This document shows positions 48,701 to 50,375 of a stretch of 50,375 nt of DNA, piece by piece (positions within the stretch are counted from its first letter, which is position 1; the number at the start of each line of letters is the position of its first letter). The position numbers and the translations under genes are program-made. The DNA is from Nanoarchaeales archaeon (lineage in GTDB: Archaea; Nanobdellota; Nanobdellia; Woesearchaeales; UBA583). The stretch lies in the NCBI GenBank assembly GCA_013215525.1, contig JABSQY010000005.1, forward strand, positions 1 to 50,375. Reading direction: 5' to 3'. The notes under the pieces are model-generated. The model was given only the letters and a program-made list of their open reading frames with translations, ran no database searches and had not been told where the DNA came from.

Positions 48701-49435
48701 ATGGCATTTGATAAATTATATAACTATTTTATAAAAAATAAATCTGATAAAACAAATGATTCTAAATTTTGGATAAAAGAAATTATTCATAAAGGAAATA
48801 GTGATGATGTTTGGATATGTTTTTTAGGATGGAAAACTTCAATTTCAATTGCTAAGAAATTAAACTTACTTCCAAAGTCGGGAAAAATTATTGTTTATCA
48901 AGAACCAAATGCACTTGTAAATAAAAATCCTGATGTTAGTAAAGAGTTATTTTATGAGTTATATAATGATGTTAAACAATATTTAAAAAATACTCAGGTT
49001 AATGTTTTATCTTTATCACTTGGAAATATGCATGGTTTTTATATTGCTTCTAGATATGATGTTAAAAAGTTTATTTCAGTTTTACCAGGTCCAGAACTTG
49101 GACGTAATATTTGGAAAAGTTGCGCGTCAGAAAAAATAATGATGGAGTCTATACTATTAGATTTTTCTCAAAAAAAATATGACAATGTTTTAAAAAATCT
49201 TGAGTGTAGTTATAATTATATGAATTTACCACATAATTCTTATTTTTATATTGCAAAATCTGATGATTATATTCCTAGTGAAGATCAAATTGATTTAATT
49301 AATCATATTAAAAAACATCATATGTATAGAAAAATATCATACTTTCATTTAGGACATATTTTTTCTCACCTATATTTTGGGTTATTAAATACTATGAATA
49401 AAATTCCTTGGGAGGATAAAAATAATTTAAAATGA
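48701..49435 (+). CDS. Alpha/beta hydrolase-fold protein
   Basis: Nucleophile elbow LSLSLG, acid DDYIP, His GHIF. Confidence 0.7.
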   Translation: MAFDKLYNYFIKNKSDKTNDSKFWIKEIIHKGNSDDVWICFLGWKTSISIAKKLNLLPKSGKIIVYQEPNALVNKNPDVSKELFYELYNDVKQYLKNTQVNVLSLSLGNMHGFYIASRYDVKKFISVLPGPELGRNIWKSCASEKIMMESILLDFSQKKYDNVLKNLECSYNYMNLPHNSYFYIAKSDDYIPSEDQIDLINHIKKHHMYRKISYFHLGHIFSHLYFGLLNTMNKIPWEDKNNLK

Positions 49436-50127
49436 TTAAAAAAACTATTAAATCATTAAAATTAGGTTTTGAGTTAGGTTTTATTACTTTATTATTAATT
49501 GGTCTAATTTATTATTTTAATTTAACTCAATATATAAATATTGAACAAATGAAATATTTTATTGAGATTAGTGGGATGTATGGGATGATAATTTATATTT
49601 TAGGATTTTTATTTTTATCTTTAATTGGAATTTCTGTAACTCCTTTAATTATTTTAGGAGGAGTTTTGTTTAGTTATAAAAATGGATTTATTGTATCTTT
49701 TATTGCTTTATTTTTAGCATCAGTTATAGCTTTTTATGTGTCGCATTTTGTTAGTAATATTATTCATAAAGGAAAACATAAAACACATGGTCATAAGTTT
49801 AAAGTGATTGATAAAATAATTAAAAAACTAGAATCTAAAATTTCACATAATCAATTTAAAACTATATTTTTATCTAAATTTCTTATTCCTAATATTCTAG
49901 TTAGTTATGCTTTGGGTACAATGTATAGTGAAATTCGTAAAGTTACATTTATTGTTGCAACGTTTTTAAATAATTTAGTTTATTGTTTTTTATTAATTTT
50001 TTTAGGGTCAAAGTTTACTGAAAATCTTTCTTATTTGTTTGTTGCTCTTGCGTTTGTATTTGGTTTTTATATTATTAGATATTATTATAAATCTCATTAT
50101 ACACATACTGCGCCTAGTGTTGATTAA
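49432..50127 (+). CDS. DedA / TVP38 (SNARE-associated) family membrane protein
   Basis: ILGGVLF..G, ASVIAFY, IP..LVSYALG, multiple TM helices. Confidence 0.8.
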   Translation: MIKKTIKSLKLGFELGFITLLLIGLIYYFNLTQYINIEQMKYFIEISGMYGMIIYILGFLFLSLIGISVTPLIILGGVLFSYKNGFIVSFIALFLASVIAFYVSHFVSNIIHKGKHKTHGHKFKVIDKIIKKLESKISHNQFKTIFLSKFLIPNILVSYALGTMYSEIRKVTFIVATFLNNLVYCFLLIFLGSKFTENLSYLFVALAFVFGFYIIRYYYKSHYTHTAPSVD

Positions 50128-50177
50128 TTGATAATTAATACTAATCTTTTTAAAAGATATTTGTGTGAGATAGTTAT

Positions 50178-50375
50178 ATGGCTAAACATTATGAACCACT
50201 TTGTAACTTTTATCATCATGATGAAAAAAAACATAATTTATTTTCTAATTTTTTAAATTTAGTTTATATATATGTAAGTTATAATTTTATTATGTTAAAT
50301 GTCTATAAATGTTTTCTCACTGGAAGTACAGGAGGACATGACCCTGATTTATCAATGTATGACCCATGTAATTTA
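50178..50375 (+). CDS. Possible partial ORF running off the window end
   Basis: ATG at 50178, frame open to the end (MAKHYEPLCNF...), AT-rich promoter-like sequence upstream. Confidence 0.35.
   Translation, partial: MAKHYEPLCNFYHHDEKKHNLFSNFLNLVYIYVSYNFIMLNVYKCFLTGSTGGHDPDLSMYDPCNL

Overview
Very AT-rich archaeal window, most consistent with a DPANN lineage (Woesearchaeota/Nanoarchaeota-like; inferred from archaeal rpoE1/spt4/rpp21, TATA boxes ~22-25 nt before start codons, tandem-Lrp and NT-HEPN genes mixed with bacterial-type mutL, ahpC and rlu genes). In order: 3' end of 23S rRNA; housekeeping genes (mutL, ppaC, ahpC, rpe, TrmB regulator, rpp21, Nip7-like, spt4, rpoE1, a CBS + HPF-like protein, tRNA-Glu); a 13-kb de novo purine cluster (purL,Q,K,E,C,B, purO-like, purH-like, purN,M); a MoxR/DUF58/vWA operon; three tandem MFS paralogs; and an accessory region (35.5-50 kb). 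Highlights: (1) a tRNA-dependent cyclodipeptide synthase (CDPS, NYH type) divergent from a double Lrp/AsnC regulator, a possible archaeal signal-synthase/receptor pair; (2) a dispersed family of ~190-bp structured intergenic repeats (4 copies plus 1 divergent) whose long hairpin is completed by G.U wobbles only on the minus strand and whose inner stem changes sequence but keeps structure; (3) two genes interrupted by a single in-frame TGA where Gly is expected (readthrough/recoding versus G>T mutation or error); (4) a HEPN-like domain fused to seven helicase-associated repeats. All calls are from motif recognition by eye; no database searches were run.
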